Positions 52,065 through 64,000 of a stretch of 64,000 bases of DNA are shown here, piece after piece. The notes below the pieces were generated by a model. That model was not told the DNA's origin, did not search any database, and saw only the letters and a program-made list of their open reading frames with translations. Position numbers and translations under genes: made by a program. Position 1 is the first letter of the stretch. The number at the start of each line of letters is the position of its first letter. Origin of the DNA: Heptranchias perlo (Eukaryota); NCBI RefSeq assembly GCF_035084215.1, contig NC_090329.1, positions 13,516,001 through 13,580,000 on the forward strand, in the 5' to 3' direction.

Positions 52065-53700
52065 ACATGCATGCTAAACCAAAGAAACATGCTATAGCCA
52101 GAGCTAAGCGATTCCAAAACCAACAGATCAGATCAAAGCTCTGCAGTCCTGCCACATTCAGTCATGAATGGTGGTGGGCAATTAAACTAACAGAAGTGGG
52201 GGGGGCGAATCTGTGAACATCCCCATCCTCAATTATGGCAGAATCCAGCACGTGAGTGCAAAAGACAAGGCTGAAGCGTTTGCAACCATCTTCAGCCAGT
52301 AGTGCCGAGTGGATGATCCATCTCGGCCTCCTCCCGATATCCCCACCATCACAGAAGCCAGTCTTCAGCCAATTCAATTCACTCCACGTGACATCAAGAA
52401 TCGGCTGAGTGCACTGGATACAGCAAAGGCTAGAGGTCCAGACATCATCCCAGCTGTAGTGAAGACTTGTGCTCCAAAACTGTTCCAGTACAGCTACAAC
52501 ACTGGCATCTACCCGACAATGTGTAAAGCTGCCAAGGTATGTGCTGTTCACAAAAAGCAGGACAAATCCAATCTGGCCAATTACCACCCCATCAGTCTAC
52601 TCTCAATCATCAGCAAAGTGATGGAAGGTGTTGTCAACAGTGCTATCAAGCGGCACTTACTCACCAATAACCTACTCACCGATGTTCAGTTTAGATTCCG
52701 CCAGGACCACTCAGCTCCAGACCCGATTACAGCCTTGCCTTGGTCCAAACATGGACAAAAGAGCTGAATTCCAGAGGTGAGGCAAGAGTGACTGCCCTTG
52801 ACATCAAGGCAGCATTTGACCGAGTGTGGCACCAAGGAGCCCTGGTAAAATTGAAGTCAATGGGAATCAGGGGGAAAACTTTCCAGTGGCTGGAGTCATA
52901 CCTAGCACAAAGGAAGATGATAGTGGCAGTTGATGGGCAATCATCTCAGCCCCAGGACATTGCTGCAGGAGTTCCTCAGGGCAGTGTCCTAGGCCCAACC
53001 ATCTTCAGCTGCTTCATCAATGACCTTCCCTCCATCATAAAAGGTCAGAAATGGGGATGTTCGCTGATGACTGCAGTGTTCAGTTCCATTCACAACCCCT
53101 CAGATAATGAAGCAGTCCGTGCCTGCATGCAGCAAGACCTGGACAACATCCAGGCTTGGGCTGATAAGTGGCAAGTAACATTTGTGCCAGGCAATGATCA
53201 TCTCCAACAAGAGTGTCTAACCACCTCCCCTTGACATTCAACGGCATTACCATCGCTGAATCCCCCACCATCAACATCCTGGGGGTCACCACTGACCAGA
53301 AACTTAACTGGACCAGCCACATAAATACTGTAGCTACAAGAGGTCAGAGGCTGGGTATTCTGCGGCGAGTGACTCACCTCCTGACTCCCCAAAACCTTTC
53401 CACCATCTACAAGGCACATGTCAGGAGTGTGATGGAATACTCTCCACTTGCCTGGATGAGTGCGGCTCCAACAACACAAGAAGCTTGACAGCATCCGGGA
53501 CAAAGCAGCCCGCTTGATTGGCGCCCCATCCACCACCCTAAACATTCACTTCCCGACTTGGAAATATATCGCCGGGTCAAAATCCTGGAACTCCCTATCT
53601 AACAGCACTGTGGGAGAACCTTCACACAGACTGCAGCAGTGCTCAAGGGCAATAAATGCTGGCCTTGCCAGCGATGCCCACATCCCATGAAGGAAAAAAA
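52065..53700 (+). mobile_element. Family-A CR1/L2-group LINE, RT and 3' end
   Basis: [57 protein letters not shown]; A-rich tail. Confidence 0.92.
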
Positions 53701-56644
53701 TGAAGCTCTTGAAATTTTCACTCATTATTTAAAAAAAATACTCCTCTTCTCTGCTCCCCATCGCATGTGCATTAACTCCCCCAGTGCCACTCTCAACTAG
53801 CTGCTTAGCTGTGCAAGTTCAGTAATCCTCCTTTCTTCCCCCCATCCCCCCTCTTTAAAAGGATGCGCAGTTGTAGCCAGAGCAAGCTCAATGGAGGTTT
53901 GGGACACAGTCGTATGACCGTTGCTCGTGAGTTTTGAGCCTTAAGGGTTCCAAACTTAACATACTTACTGCAGTAGCTTCTGCAAGGATACCTGCTGCTC
54001 CAAAGCGCTGTTTGTTTTCACTCCTGACACTTCTATCCATCCCCTTTAAAGCACTGCCACAGGCCCCTCATATTTAGCCACCCAGATTTCCTGTCACCAG
54101 ATCAGACAACTGCCTTTGGGGGGGTGGTGGGGAGGCATTCCGCACTGGCAGCTTGCCAACTGCATCAATACAAGAATTCCGAACCAAAATAAATCTGGTT
54201 CCCCACTGACTCCTTTAGGAAGCCGCCGCGTGCACCCTACCCAGAACCAAAATCACCCATTAGTCTGAAAACAGTGAAGATACATGCCATGGTCGTATCT
54301 ATTTCTACTGAGATCTAGCTCCACAGACAATCAATAGCACCACAGTTGAAATGCCAGAGAATGCTAGCAATTAGCAAAGGGGCCTCCCAATCAATTTTTC
54401 CCCATTTTTCCATAAATGATCTAAATGAAATTGACTAAAATTGCCAACTGGCAAAAGCCTGCATATGACCTGACTTTTAAATGCATGCAATTTGCTTTGC
54501 AGCCAGCACTTGTTCAATTATTTCCCCCTGTTGTAGTCACTTGATTTTTTGAGCAGAAAAGTATTTCACTGTACCATTTGTAGAATTCGGAATTTCAATC
54601 TGTTGGTTTGAGGAAATTTTTTTAATCTAATTTTGAACCGTTAAAATATACAACTAGGATTTCCACTTGTCTCAAAAATGAAGCTGTGAATCTTCACTTC
54701 GTAGGTACCAGTGTTTTGATTGTTATAGAATATATGTAGCACTGGAATTAGAGAACATGTTTTGCAGATGTGAAGATGTTTCGAAAACAGGAGAAAAATT
54801 CTATACCTAATGGGTTAACTTTTCTAAAACTCAAACTTGTAGGAGTTTAATAGAATTGACAAAAGTCACAAGAAACAAACAAAATAAATTTAATAAATGA
54901 AAGAAAGTTAGCTCCAGATCTTCCAGGAATTCAGAGTGGAAGCTCCATTTACAGGGATTATCTAATTTGCACTCAATTAAATTTAATCAGAAAACAATTG
55001 TTGTAAATGTTTTTTAAAAAATAAAGCAAGTAGTGGTTGAACCGCACAAAATTAGATTAAGGAAACTTCAAGGCAATAGAATACTAATAAAATCTGAATT
55101 CTGCAAAGGATAATTAAATACTTTTTCTGCTCATAAAAATCAAATATGATACGGTGGGGGGGGAAAAAATGGGACAAATTCATTATTGAACAAGTGCAAC
55201 CTGCTAAGCAAATTACATTCATTTAAAGGACGGTTAATAAGCAGCTTCCTAATTATTCATCTGTAACACAACTCCAGGAATTAGAATATGCAATTTGCAC
55301 CGACTGCTCACTGCAGCAAAGTCTTCATGGACCATACATATAAATTCAGTGTAACACTTCACTACAGAAATACTTAATGAATATTTTGTAATGCAGTGGA
55401 TAATTCGAAGCTTAATTTGAGAAGTCTATTGTGACAAATCCAGGAGCACCAGGAGTGCAAAAACCAGCTCATGCTAAAATGATTTCTGCTCCAGGTCACA
55501 ATTTAATGATGTTGCAAAGAAGACGCTCATTAAAGCCATCCGTGTCAAGCAACAACTAAATGCTAACTGCTTCCATCAAGGCCCCATGAGTTTAGGGTAC
55601 GAAAAAAAAGCTTTTAAAATAAAATTAAAAATCAAGATCCTTCTGGCACATTCAGATGCTGTACTGCAGTTAAAGGCATTTTATCTTCAATGCTGGCATT
55701 GCTGATGGTTTCTGTACATCATATTTTGGGTTCATCAGATGCTGAATGTACTTGCATTTTAATTGATAGTTTAAGATTATGCTGTGTTACCAGAATTTCA
55801 GAGCCAGAGCAAAAAAAAATCCCAAATGGACATTTACAGCAGAAATTAACTCAAAACAGTCACTGGATCAAATCATTCCTCGCCAAAGCATTAAATCTTT
55901 TGAGCAATGAACTCATTTTTTCATGTGACTGAATTGTTTATTAAACTAACTGATATTTATAAAACAAAAAAAGTGATTGGAGTAATAGAAAATCTCAATG
56001 GAATTCCAGAGCACTTTGCCCAGAATACAAGGGTGAAAATTTGAACTTGAGATTCCCTGTTCATTCAGTTCTTACATGCAAACCAAGCCATTATAAACAA
56101 AGTTCAGCAGAAGCCTGGGATCAGGTTAACATCTCTCTGCTCTCAAGAATTCTGTGCCTAAAGCAGGTAGATCTAGACAGGGAAACTAGGGAGAAAATAT
56201 ACATTATGGAAAAACATATCAAGGTTGCTGATTTATGTTATCAAGGTTTCAAAAAAAAGTATATGACTTTCAAATAAATTTGGACAGCTTGCTTGCCATA
56301 TTAGCGTATACAGATGCAGGTTATTAAAATACACAGATTTAATTCTCTGAATGATTCAATATTTAAATCAGAACTACGATGCAAATATCAGGATGTCCCA
56401 CAGGTTGCAGAATGAAAATCAGCACGAACAGAATACAGATCTTTCACAAGCAGAAAACATGCCTTTAATATTCCCCAAATAAACTCCAAGAACATTTTAT
56501 AAACTTTGTAAAAAGCCCTACCCAAGTGCCTCAACACAATCACAATCTTTCAGTAATATTTTTAAAACAGACCAGCAGAAACACTGAGTTCATTCGTTAT
56601 GAACTGGGTATCAGCTCATTTTATACAATAGACACCAAGGATAC

Positions 56645-56730
56645 TGGTCAGTCTGAGGTCTCCGGAAATGTTCAGGAAGGTTTGCCTCGTAGAGATGACG
56701 AGCCTTGGTATTTCCCATATCTTGCATACA
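56645..56730 (-). CDS. SMAP1: SMAP1 coding exon (exon 3 equivalent)
   Basis: Encodes [28 protein letters not shown](Q), closer to SMAP1 ([18 protein letters not shown]) than to SMAP2. Acceptor cctttgcag|TGT, donor CCA|gtatcctt, 86 nt, in phase with both neighbouring exons. Confidence 0.95.
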
Positions 56731-58044
56731 CTGCAAAGGAGAAGGAAACAAAGTTAGCAATTCTCCCAATCATCATCTGCTACGCTCAAAGTGATCAACA
56801 GAGTGCGATGCAGTAATGGAAACATCTATCAAGGTTCTTTTTAAAACTTCCTTTGTTGCAAAGAGTCGTCAAAGTTGCCATCATAACAGACTTGAAATGC
56901 CTAATGGGGCAAGTGTTTAAAACTGACCGTCAGGGTGATGCCGGACCAATACTTGCGAATGAACAATGCGCTACGTGGGTGGGGGGTTCTGTCCCTCGCC
57001 ACAACATACATGGATTTTGAACTACATTTAAGGTTGCTTGACAAGCTATAATTCTATTCTCCACAAAGGACTTGGTCACAAATATATGCAAATTACTTTC
57101 AACAGCTGAAGGTAAAAGGTAGCTTGCCAGTAATTGCACTACTAAAAATGGCACATTTGTGGGATTGATAAGGTTGCACATTTGATTGAACTTCCACAGG
57201 TACCAGAGTGCTCCACCTTAAGTGGGAAGGAAAATAAATTCACAAGGAAAAACTATCCCATTCTGTTGTGAAACATTGACATGCACCGCCCACAGCATTG
57301 GGTGCCTGTTACTTTTCTCTCCTCTTTTGATTTGAGGGACAGCATGGAGGAGGGAAGGAAAGAAAACAAATGCTTTATGGAAAGTATGTTTATTTTGAAG
57401 TCTGAATAACTGTCACAATAACCTCAGATGCTGACTAATCTGATGTACATTTTAAGCATTTCCAGTTTATATTATATACTTAATAACTAAATATCAGAAC
57501 AGTTGTGGCACTGCCAATGGATCCAAGTATGGCTTTACAGGTGGATATAGGTTCAGTTTGAGTGTGATTGTGGAGTGGACACAGCTGTGCAGTATCCACC
57601 ATTTTAGGACCATCACTTAAGGGTTCAATCATTTTTCTTCTTGGGATGTGGGCAACACTGACAAGGCCACATTCACTGTCCATCCTTAGTTGTCCTGGAT
57701 ACAGGATTGAAACAATTGAGAAAGCTCATCAGGTTTTCAATAACCACACAATTAAAACGGTTTTTAATTATTCCAGCACTCTAGTTCCAATACCCAGATA
57801 TGTGACCTGCTGCCAGCGCCACTGCATAACCAATAAAAGGCCAGCCTTTGCTGCCTTTCCCTCCAAATCTCCCTCTAGAGAAACATCTTTCACTTAGCAT
57901 CTCTCTAACAGGAATTAAAATCACTGAGACTTGCACAGAAGCGAAACAATGGCAGAAGTGTACTGATATACCACCACTCTACCAAGATTATTGTACTGTT
58001 CGGATATGCTAAAAAAGGAAGTTCCTTACAATTTAACTTGAACA

Positions 58045-58400
58045 GAGTGGGGGCTTGACAGGGTAGATGCTGAGAGGTTATTTCCCCTAGCTGGACTGTC
58101 TAGAACTAGAGGGCATAGTCGCAGGATATGGGGTTGGCCATTTAAAGTCTGAGATGAGAAGGAATTTCTTCACTCAGGGTTGTGAATCCTTGGAATTCTC
58201 TACCCAGAGGGCTGTGGATGCTCAGTCGTTGAGTATATTTAAGGCTGATATATAGATGTTTGGACTCTAGGGGAATCAAGGGATATGGGGACCAGGCAGG
58301 AAAGTGGAGTTGAGGTTGAAGATCAGCCATGATCTGAGAGAATGGCAGAGCAGGCTCAAGGGACTATATGGCCTAGTCCTGCTCCTATTATTTTCTTGTG
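58045..58400 (+). mobile_element. CR1 3' fragment
   Basis: Decayed GLDRVDAERLFP..TRGHS..RRNFFTQ and the same 3' UTR as 4670-4890. Confidence 0.85.
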
Positions 58401-58744
58401 CCCTTATACCATGTTCTGTGGCTCATGGGTTATCAGTGATAACCTAGTGAACATTTTCCTGCAAAAGAACTCCAAACCAGAAGTTGAGATTTTTAATTGA
58501 ATCATTTGCCATCAAATTGCATTTTACTTACAATAATTAACTGCGGCATCAATAAAGACGCCAAGTGAAAACAACATCCACCACTGACTTGGCTTCATCT
58601 ATACACAAACAGGCAGAAGATTGATACACCCTATCATCCTATATTTGCATTCCTTAGATATGAAGTTATCAGCAGACCATTTTGAAGTACAGTCTTCTGC
58701 TTAGCTTGTATAAATGGGATATACAGTAAGCTATAGTCCAGATT

Positions 58745-59735
58745 ACATCAAAACTACAGCACATAAACAGGCCATTTGGCCCAAATGGTCTAAGTCAGCA
58801 TTTGTACCACACAAGCCTCTTCCCACCGTACTTCATCTAACCCTATCAGGATATCCTTCCATTCCTTTCTCTCCCATGTGCTTATCTAGCTTCCCCTTAA
58901 ATACATCTATGCTATTTGCCTCAACTACTCCTTGTAGTAGCACATTCCACATTCTTACCACTCTTTGGGTAAAGAAATTTCTCCTGAATTCCCTATTGAT
59001 TTATCAGTGACTTATATTTATGACCTCTAGTTTTGGACTATCCACAAGTAGAAATATTTCCTCCACATCTAACCTATCAAAATCTAGAGTCCTGTTAGAA
59101 GGCTGAGGGGTGACCTCTTTTCCACAGAAAAGAGCTCCAGCCTGTTTAGTCTTTCCTGATAAGTATATCCTCTTAGTTCTGGTATTATCCTTGTGAATCT
59201 TTTTTGCACCCTCTCCAATGCCTCTATATTCTTATAGTATGGAGACCAGAACAGTGCAAAGTACTCTTGTAGTCTTACCAAGGTTCTATACAAGTTTAAC
59301 AACTTCTACTTTTCAATTCCATCCCTCCAGAAAGGGACCCATGCTTTGTTTGCATTTTTTATGGCCTTGTTAACCTGCATTGCTACTTTGTGATTTGTGA
59401 ATGTGTACCCCTAGAGCCCTTTGTTCCTCTACCCCATTTAGACTATTATCCAAACAATATTTGGCCTCACACTTATCTAATAGAAATTCATTTGCCAATT
59501 ACACACCCATTCTGCAAGTTTATCAATGTCCTCCTGCATTGTGATATTCTTCCTTTGTATCAACTACACCTAACCCCCCCTACAAATTTGGTGTCATCCA
59601 CAAATTTTGAAATTGTACTTCCGATTCTGGAATCCAAATCGTTAATGTAAATTGTGAACAGTGGTCCCAGCACCAATCCCTGTGGACTACTTCCCACCTT
59701 TTGCCAATCTGAGTAGCTATACTTAACCCCTACCT
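58745..59735 (-). mobile_element. Decayed CR1 RT/3' fragment
   Basis: QGLVLGPLFTIYINDLD..SKFVDDTK and ALERVQKRFTRIIP peptides. Confidence 0.85.
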
Positions 59736-61599
59736 TGGTATGGTGATCATTTCCTCTAAGGATTCCAGACAATGTTGGAGATCAAAAATACACAGCAAAT
59801 CTGTCACCAATTCAAGTAAACAAAAAGTCTTCAACACAGTGGAGATGAGAATCCTGTTAACCCTTAACAAGAAGCAATAAGACAATTCCAAAAGGAAAGA
59901 TTTTGCCCTACTGGAAAAGGAACAGCAAGGCTCTGCTATTTGCCATGCTGGAGGAAGAGGAGAACTGACGACAGGTCTGTTTTAATCAGTATGGGAGGAA
60001 AGATCACATCTGGAGTATAAAACTACAAAAGGTCACTGCCCCTGCAGTTTTCTATCAGTGAACGATGGGCCTTAACCTAAGGAGGATTAACAGGAAAACA
60101 TTTAATCCTAGATACTGAAAAAGGAAGTAATCAATTTAAATATAATGAGCCTATTAGGATCAATTATTCACCAAACATGATTTTAGGCAAATAGTAAAAA
60201 CAGATTCCTTTAATGTGATGAAGTAAGTACAGAACCTGTTGTGGTATTGCTGATTTATTCAAGGAAAATATCAGAGGTAGAGGATATCTTAAAATGGTAA
60301 CTTTAAAATAGTTCTCTACATATCGTTCAAAGCAACATTTCTCAATTAAAATGACACTTCACTGACCATTACATTTAATCACTCATTAGAATTTGCTACA
60401 CAATCTAAATGTGTACCTTTGAATTACTCTTCACTTTAGAAGGAAGTGCACAAGAGACAGTACGAACATTTATTGCCATTGTTCTTCGCCCCTTTTAACT
60501 TGGATACATAAATGGTTGTGGAGTATATTAGAGCTCAAGTGGGGACTTGAAAAGACGGGCAGGACTGATACTTTTCTTTCCCTGGCATCTACCTGCCAAG
60601 TCGCTACAAAGGCATGATTGATGTGTGGAGCTCACCTTGTACGAAAGATTCAAATACCAATGCAACAATTTGGGGCTTAATGAGCGTGGCTCTCAAACAA
60701 GCCAATGCCTGACTTTATAGCCTTGGACAAAAAGTTGAGAATATTGATCTATTTGAAGTTTGCATATCCTTTAAAAGCCTTTACTGGTACTAGTATTCGG
60801 AGCAGCTCCAAACTGTATGGCAGGAAGTGAAGCTGCTTTATATTATAAAGCTACATCAAAAATGAACTAACAAAAATCTCTGGAAAAAATACTCCAGCTT
60901 GCATTATATTTTACACCATTTCAGTACTCATTGTATTCTCTAAGCTACTAAACTCCACTGTGTATCCAGTGACATTTATATTCAACAGGATATTACTTTT
61001 TAATATAAAGTGGCTACGATATTTCCCAACATGTTTTTTCACATTGTATAAATTAAACACCCAAACACTTCTCTAATTTTGGTTATGTGATGTAACCAGC
61101 ATCTGCAGAAGACAGTTACAGAAGACTCCAACTATATAGACAGTAACCTTGAATTGTGCTATAGTTTTTAAACAAAAAAGCCAAAGGGCTCTGCTTCTAA
61201 AATAACCATAAATAGTTGCCATTGGAAATTGTTTTGTAAATGGACTTTAAAAAGTGTCACCATATAAATCATGTACAAAAATGAATTGGACTTTTAAAAA
61301 AGTGAATTGGTAATTGTTTATTTTGTAATTAACAGGAACACATTCCCATTGGCATAGAAGTAGATGCCATCATCTTCCTGCCATCGCTAGGAGGCTCCTT
61401 TGACAGGAGCCGAGATTAATTCACTGCAGGCTAGGCAAAGTGCTTCAAAACCTACAACAACTTGCATAACAATTTAATTGAAGGGTTTCAAGGTTGGCAA
61501 AAAAAAGTTTACACCAAGAGCGACATTTTAAACTCCATCACTAACGCATTGAAGCAAGATGTAAAAGGTAACACACACCGAAGTTGACATGGTTTATAC

Positions 61600-61733
61600 C
61601 TGTATTTGTTCTGGTGTCCATTGGTCCAAGTTAACTGACTTCACTCGTGATATATGAACGCCAAGATTTCGGTGCATCCCTGCACACCGGATACAAATAA
61701 AAACACCAAGATTCCAGGAAGCCCATCTTGGAC
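61600..61733 (-). CDS. SMAP1: SMAP1-type ArfGAP internal coding exon (equivalent to exon 2), second half of the ArfGAP zinc finger
   Basis: Encodes (G)[44 protein letters not shown], with the second CxxC and the catalytic Arg. Acceptor cctgcag|GT, donor CAG|gtataa, 134 nt. Confidence 0.96.
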
Positions 61734-62469
61734 CTGCAGGGAAAAGAATAACCATGAAACAAATTGAAATCCTCAAGATTCTTTGTACAAACTGAAGAAC
61801 AATTTCCATTACTGTTTTTCTAGTTTAATCAAGACCTTTCCACCTCATCTTTAAATAAAGATGTAGCAAGTCCAAAGACTGGAGTGTGGAAACAGAATCA
61901 ATCACAAAAAAAGACAAAATGGAAGGCAAAAATGACATATTATAAATCATCCACTTTCAATGAGATGGCTGTCTCTTGTTCCATGGCCAGTAAACCTACC
62001 AAGGTAAAACATTACATTTAAGAGACACTTAGTCAGCAGAATGCAACATCACATTTCACAAAATGAATAGTCAGACAATCAATGAAACCTTTTCAGCAGT
62101 GCTTGAAGGGTTTGGATGCTGTTGAGAAGTTTACAATAAAAAATTTTTTAGCTGTGCAAATGAAGCAAACCCAATTTTCAAATGCATGTCTATCCCTCCC
62201 ATAAATGCTGTGACAGATGAGAGCCAGTCCCAGGATATTCACAGAACTGACAATTCATTATTCATTTTACTGTTCATGAAAAGGCTTCAAATTGGCAGAG
62301 AAATCTTCTTTGCCGCTCAGCACCCATTTTCTGCTGCGAAAAAAAGACAGCAACAGAAAATTTAAACTTTAGAAAATCATGCATGAGGTAACCTAGGATT
62401 TAATTCACTCCTTACTTCTAAGCCTAAAAACTCGTGTGACCAACTCTAAATTTGGTTGCTGTCATTTTG

Positions 62470-62532
62470 GCCGGCGCGGACACGATGGGCCGAAGGGCCT
62501 CTATCCGTGCTGTATAACTCTCTATGACTCTA
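62470..62532 (+). mobile_element. Very short, young CR1/SINE 3' tail insertion
   Basis: CpG-intact 'ggccggcgcggacacgatgggccgaagggcctctatccgtgctgtataactctctatgactct'. Confidence 0.65.
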
Positions 62533-62964
62533 AATGCATACAAATTGTATTCCAATTATTCAATCTGGGTTCACTCAAGTAATGAAATCATAGTAGAAGC
62601 AACAAAACGGCTCAACTGACAATTGCTGTCAAGATGGATTCAAACGCAGACATGTTTGGAGTGTGGAGAGAAAAAAAACTATTGGCTCAAAACAGGAATG
62701 TGAATACTTTTAATGTATATGAACATGCAATTTGGAGTATAAGTAGTTCCCTGTAGGTTTCATTTCTTTTAAATGACAGCATCTTACCTGTGGACAGATT
62801 AACTCCAATTTAAAAAAATTCCCAACAATGGAAACTCGGATGGGAAATTTTATAACCAACCGAGTACACTACTTCCAAGCCAATATTAAAATTCTGTGAC
62901 ACACTGCAGTGGGGGACTCTGACACTTAAATGGTTTGGTCACAATTCTGGGTGTGATTATTAGA

Positions 62965-63250
62965 AGGGGTGCCCAAAAGCTTGGTCGAAAAGATGGGTTT
63001 TTAAAAGGAGGATCTTAAAAGGAGAGAAGTGGAGAGGCAGGGGAGTTTTAGGAAGGAAATTCCATAGCATAGTGCCTAGATGACTGAAAGTTAGGTGAGG
63101 TGAAAGGAGCAGAGAGGTGTAAAAGAGGCAAAAGTTGTGTGTGGGGGGGGGGGGGGGGGGTGGTGGGTGAGGGAGGAAAAAGAGAGGATTGCAAGGCTGG
63201 AGGAAGTTGCAGAGTTAGTGAGGGACGAGGCCATGAAAGGCAGCGTGTCA
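62965..63250 (-). mobile_element. Decayed L2 3' remnant
   Basis: Shares 'ccaaaagcttggtc' and 'gggacgaggccatg' blocks with the L2 copies at 32537 and 49628. Confidence 0.55.
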
Positions 63251-64000
63251 AAGACATAAATATCTGGTCCAGAACACAATGGGCTGTCATTGTTACATCC
63301 TCAGATCATGCTATCGTACAAGTAGATATAGGGCAGTTTGGGTCAATTCCCAGGCTCAGATCGTTTAAGGGAGCAACTGAAGCCAGGTGAACCCAAGAAA
63401 GTATGTCTGGCCAACCATAATTCACAACAGGTGCTTTCCAATGAGAGGAAAATAAATTTTTAACCTTTTCAGATGCATGAGCTGAGTTGGAGGTTATGTT
63501 GTTGCGCGGGGTAGAGACATGCATATGGCTGCTGAAAGAATTTAAAAATTATTAGTGACGTTCCTGATCCTTGGGAAATTTGAGCTAATTAGGAATTTTT
63601 ATGCAAGAGACACTTCATGGGGATTTTTATACCTACAATGCTCTTCAGCTGATGTGTGGAATCTGGATTCCATAAAAATTCAGAACCTAGTTGTAATTCA
63701 GAAAATGCAGACAATAATCATCCAGGAAGCACACTCAGCATGCTCAGTAGATCTGCGAATCCTTGTAAACATTTGTGCTGTCAAACAGGAGTCCACTGGA
63801 TTATTCTGTTTGACTGCCAGTGAAGGTATTTGTTAGAACCCTTATTTTGAGACCTGGATAGCTGACATCATGAGGAAGAAAAATGGCAGGTTAAGTGTTT
63901 TGGTTTAGTTTCTGCTTTTTTTAAATATATAAAAAAAAAACTGGTAGATTGTCACTTCAGTTGTTGAGCTCATTGGTTTATATTTTGTAATCTTATACTT

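Larger units (their letters stand above)
42440..56644 (-). other. U12-type (minor spliceosome) GT-AG intron of SMAP1
   Basis: 5' end reads GTATCCTT (56644-56637). Branch point TTCCTTGAT at 42462-42454, with the A about 15 nt from the 3' end. No polypyrimidine tract between branch point and CAG. Confidence 0.9.

Noticed and set aside
61670-61690. CAGMHR instead of the usual CAGIHR in the ArfGAP motif
   Set aside because: This is a conservative substitution; the Cys residues and catalytic Arg are intact, so there is no sign of pseudogenisation.
61594-61809. ORF-track 71-aa ORF as a stand-alone gene
   Set aside because: Only 61600-61733 is ArfGAP-like; the N-terminal part is intron read-through upstream of the splice acceptor.

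Overview
This is AT-rich vertebrate genomic DNA, not prokaryotic. The repeat families (CR1 with ATAGAATC/CATAAGAA tails, Deu-domain SINEs, L2, Penelope-like tails) point to a cartilaginous fish; that assignment is inference. The whole window lies inside one minus-strand gene, an SMAP1-type ArfGAP. Five internal coding exons can be read with in-phase splice sites: 61600-61733, 56645-56730, 42364-42439, 10018-10095 and 8440-8529. The first exon and the 3' exons were not found in the window. The 14.2-kb intron at 42440-56644 is a U12 (minor-spliceosome) intron, with a GTATCCTT donor and a TTCCTTGAT branch point. The introns are dense with retroelements: a young CR1 with an uninterrupted ~805-codon ORF2 segment nested in an older CR1; a three-layer nest (old CR1 > ERV-like solo LTR with 4-bp TSD > younger CR1 with 5-bp TSD); and four 20-32 bp micro-inversions inside LINE copies. 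Several perfect hairpins, a 28-bp palindromic minisatellite, a CTCF motif with its upstream module, and decayed Penelope hammerhead-like remnants are also present. I found no convincing novel protein-coding system; nearly all ORF-track entries are LINE debris or chance ORFs. Repeat boundaries are approximate unless a TSD or junction is stated, and family assignments rest on recalled consensus sequences, not on a database search.
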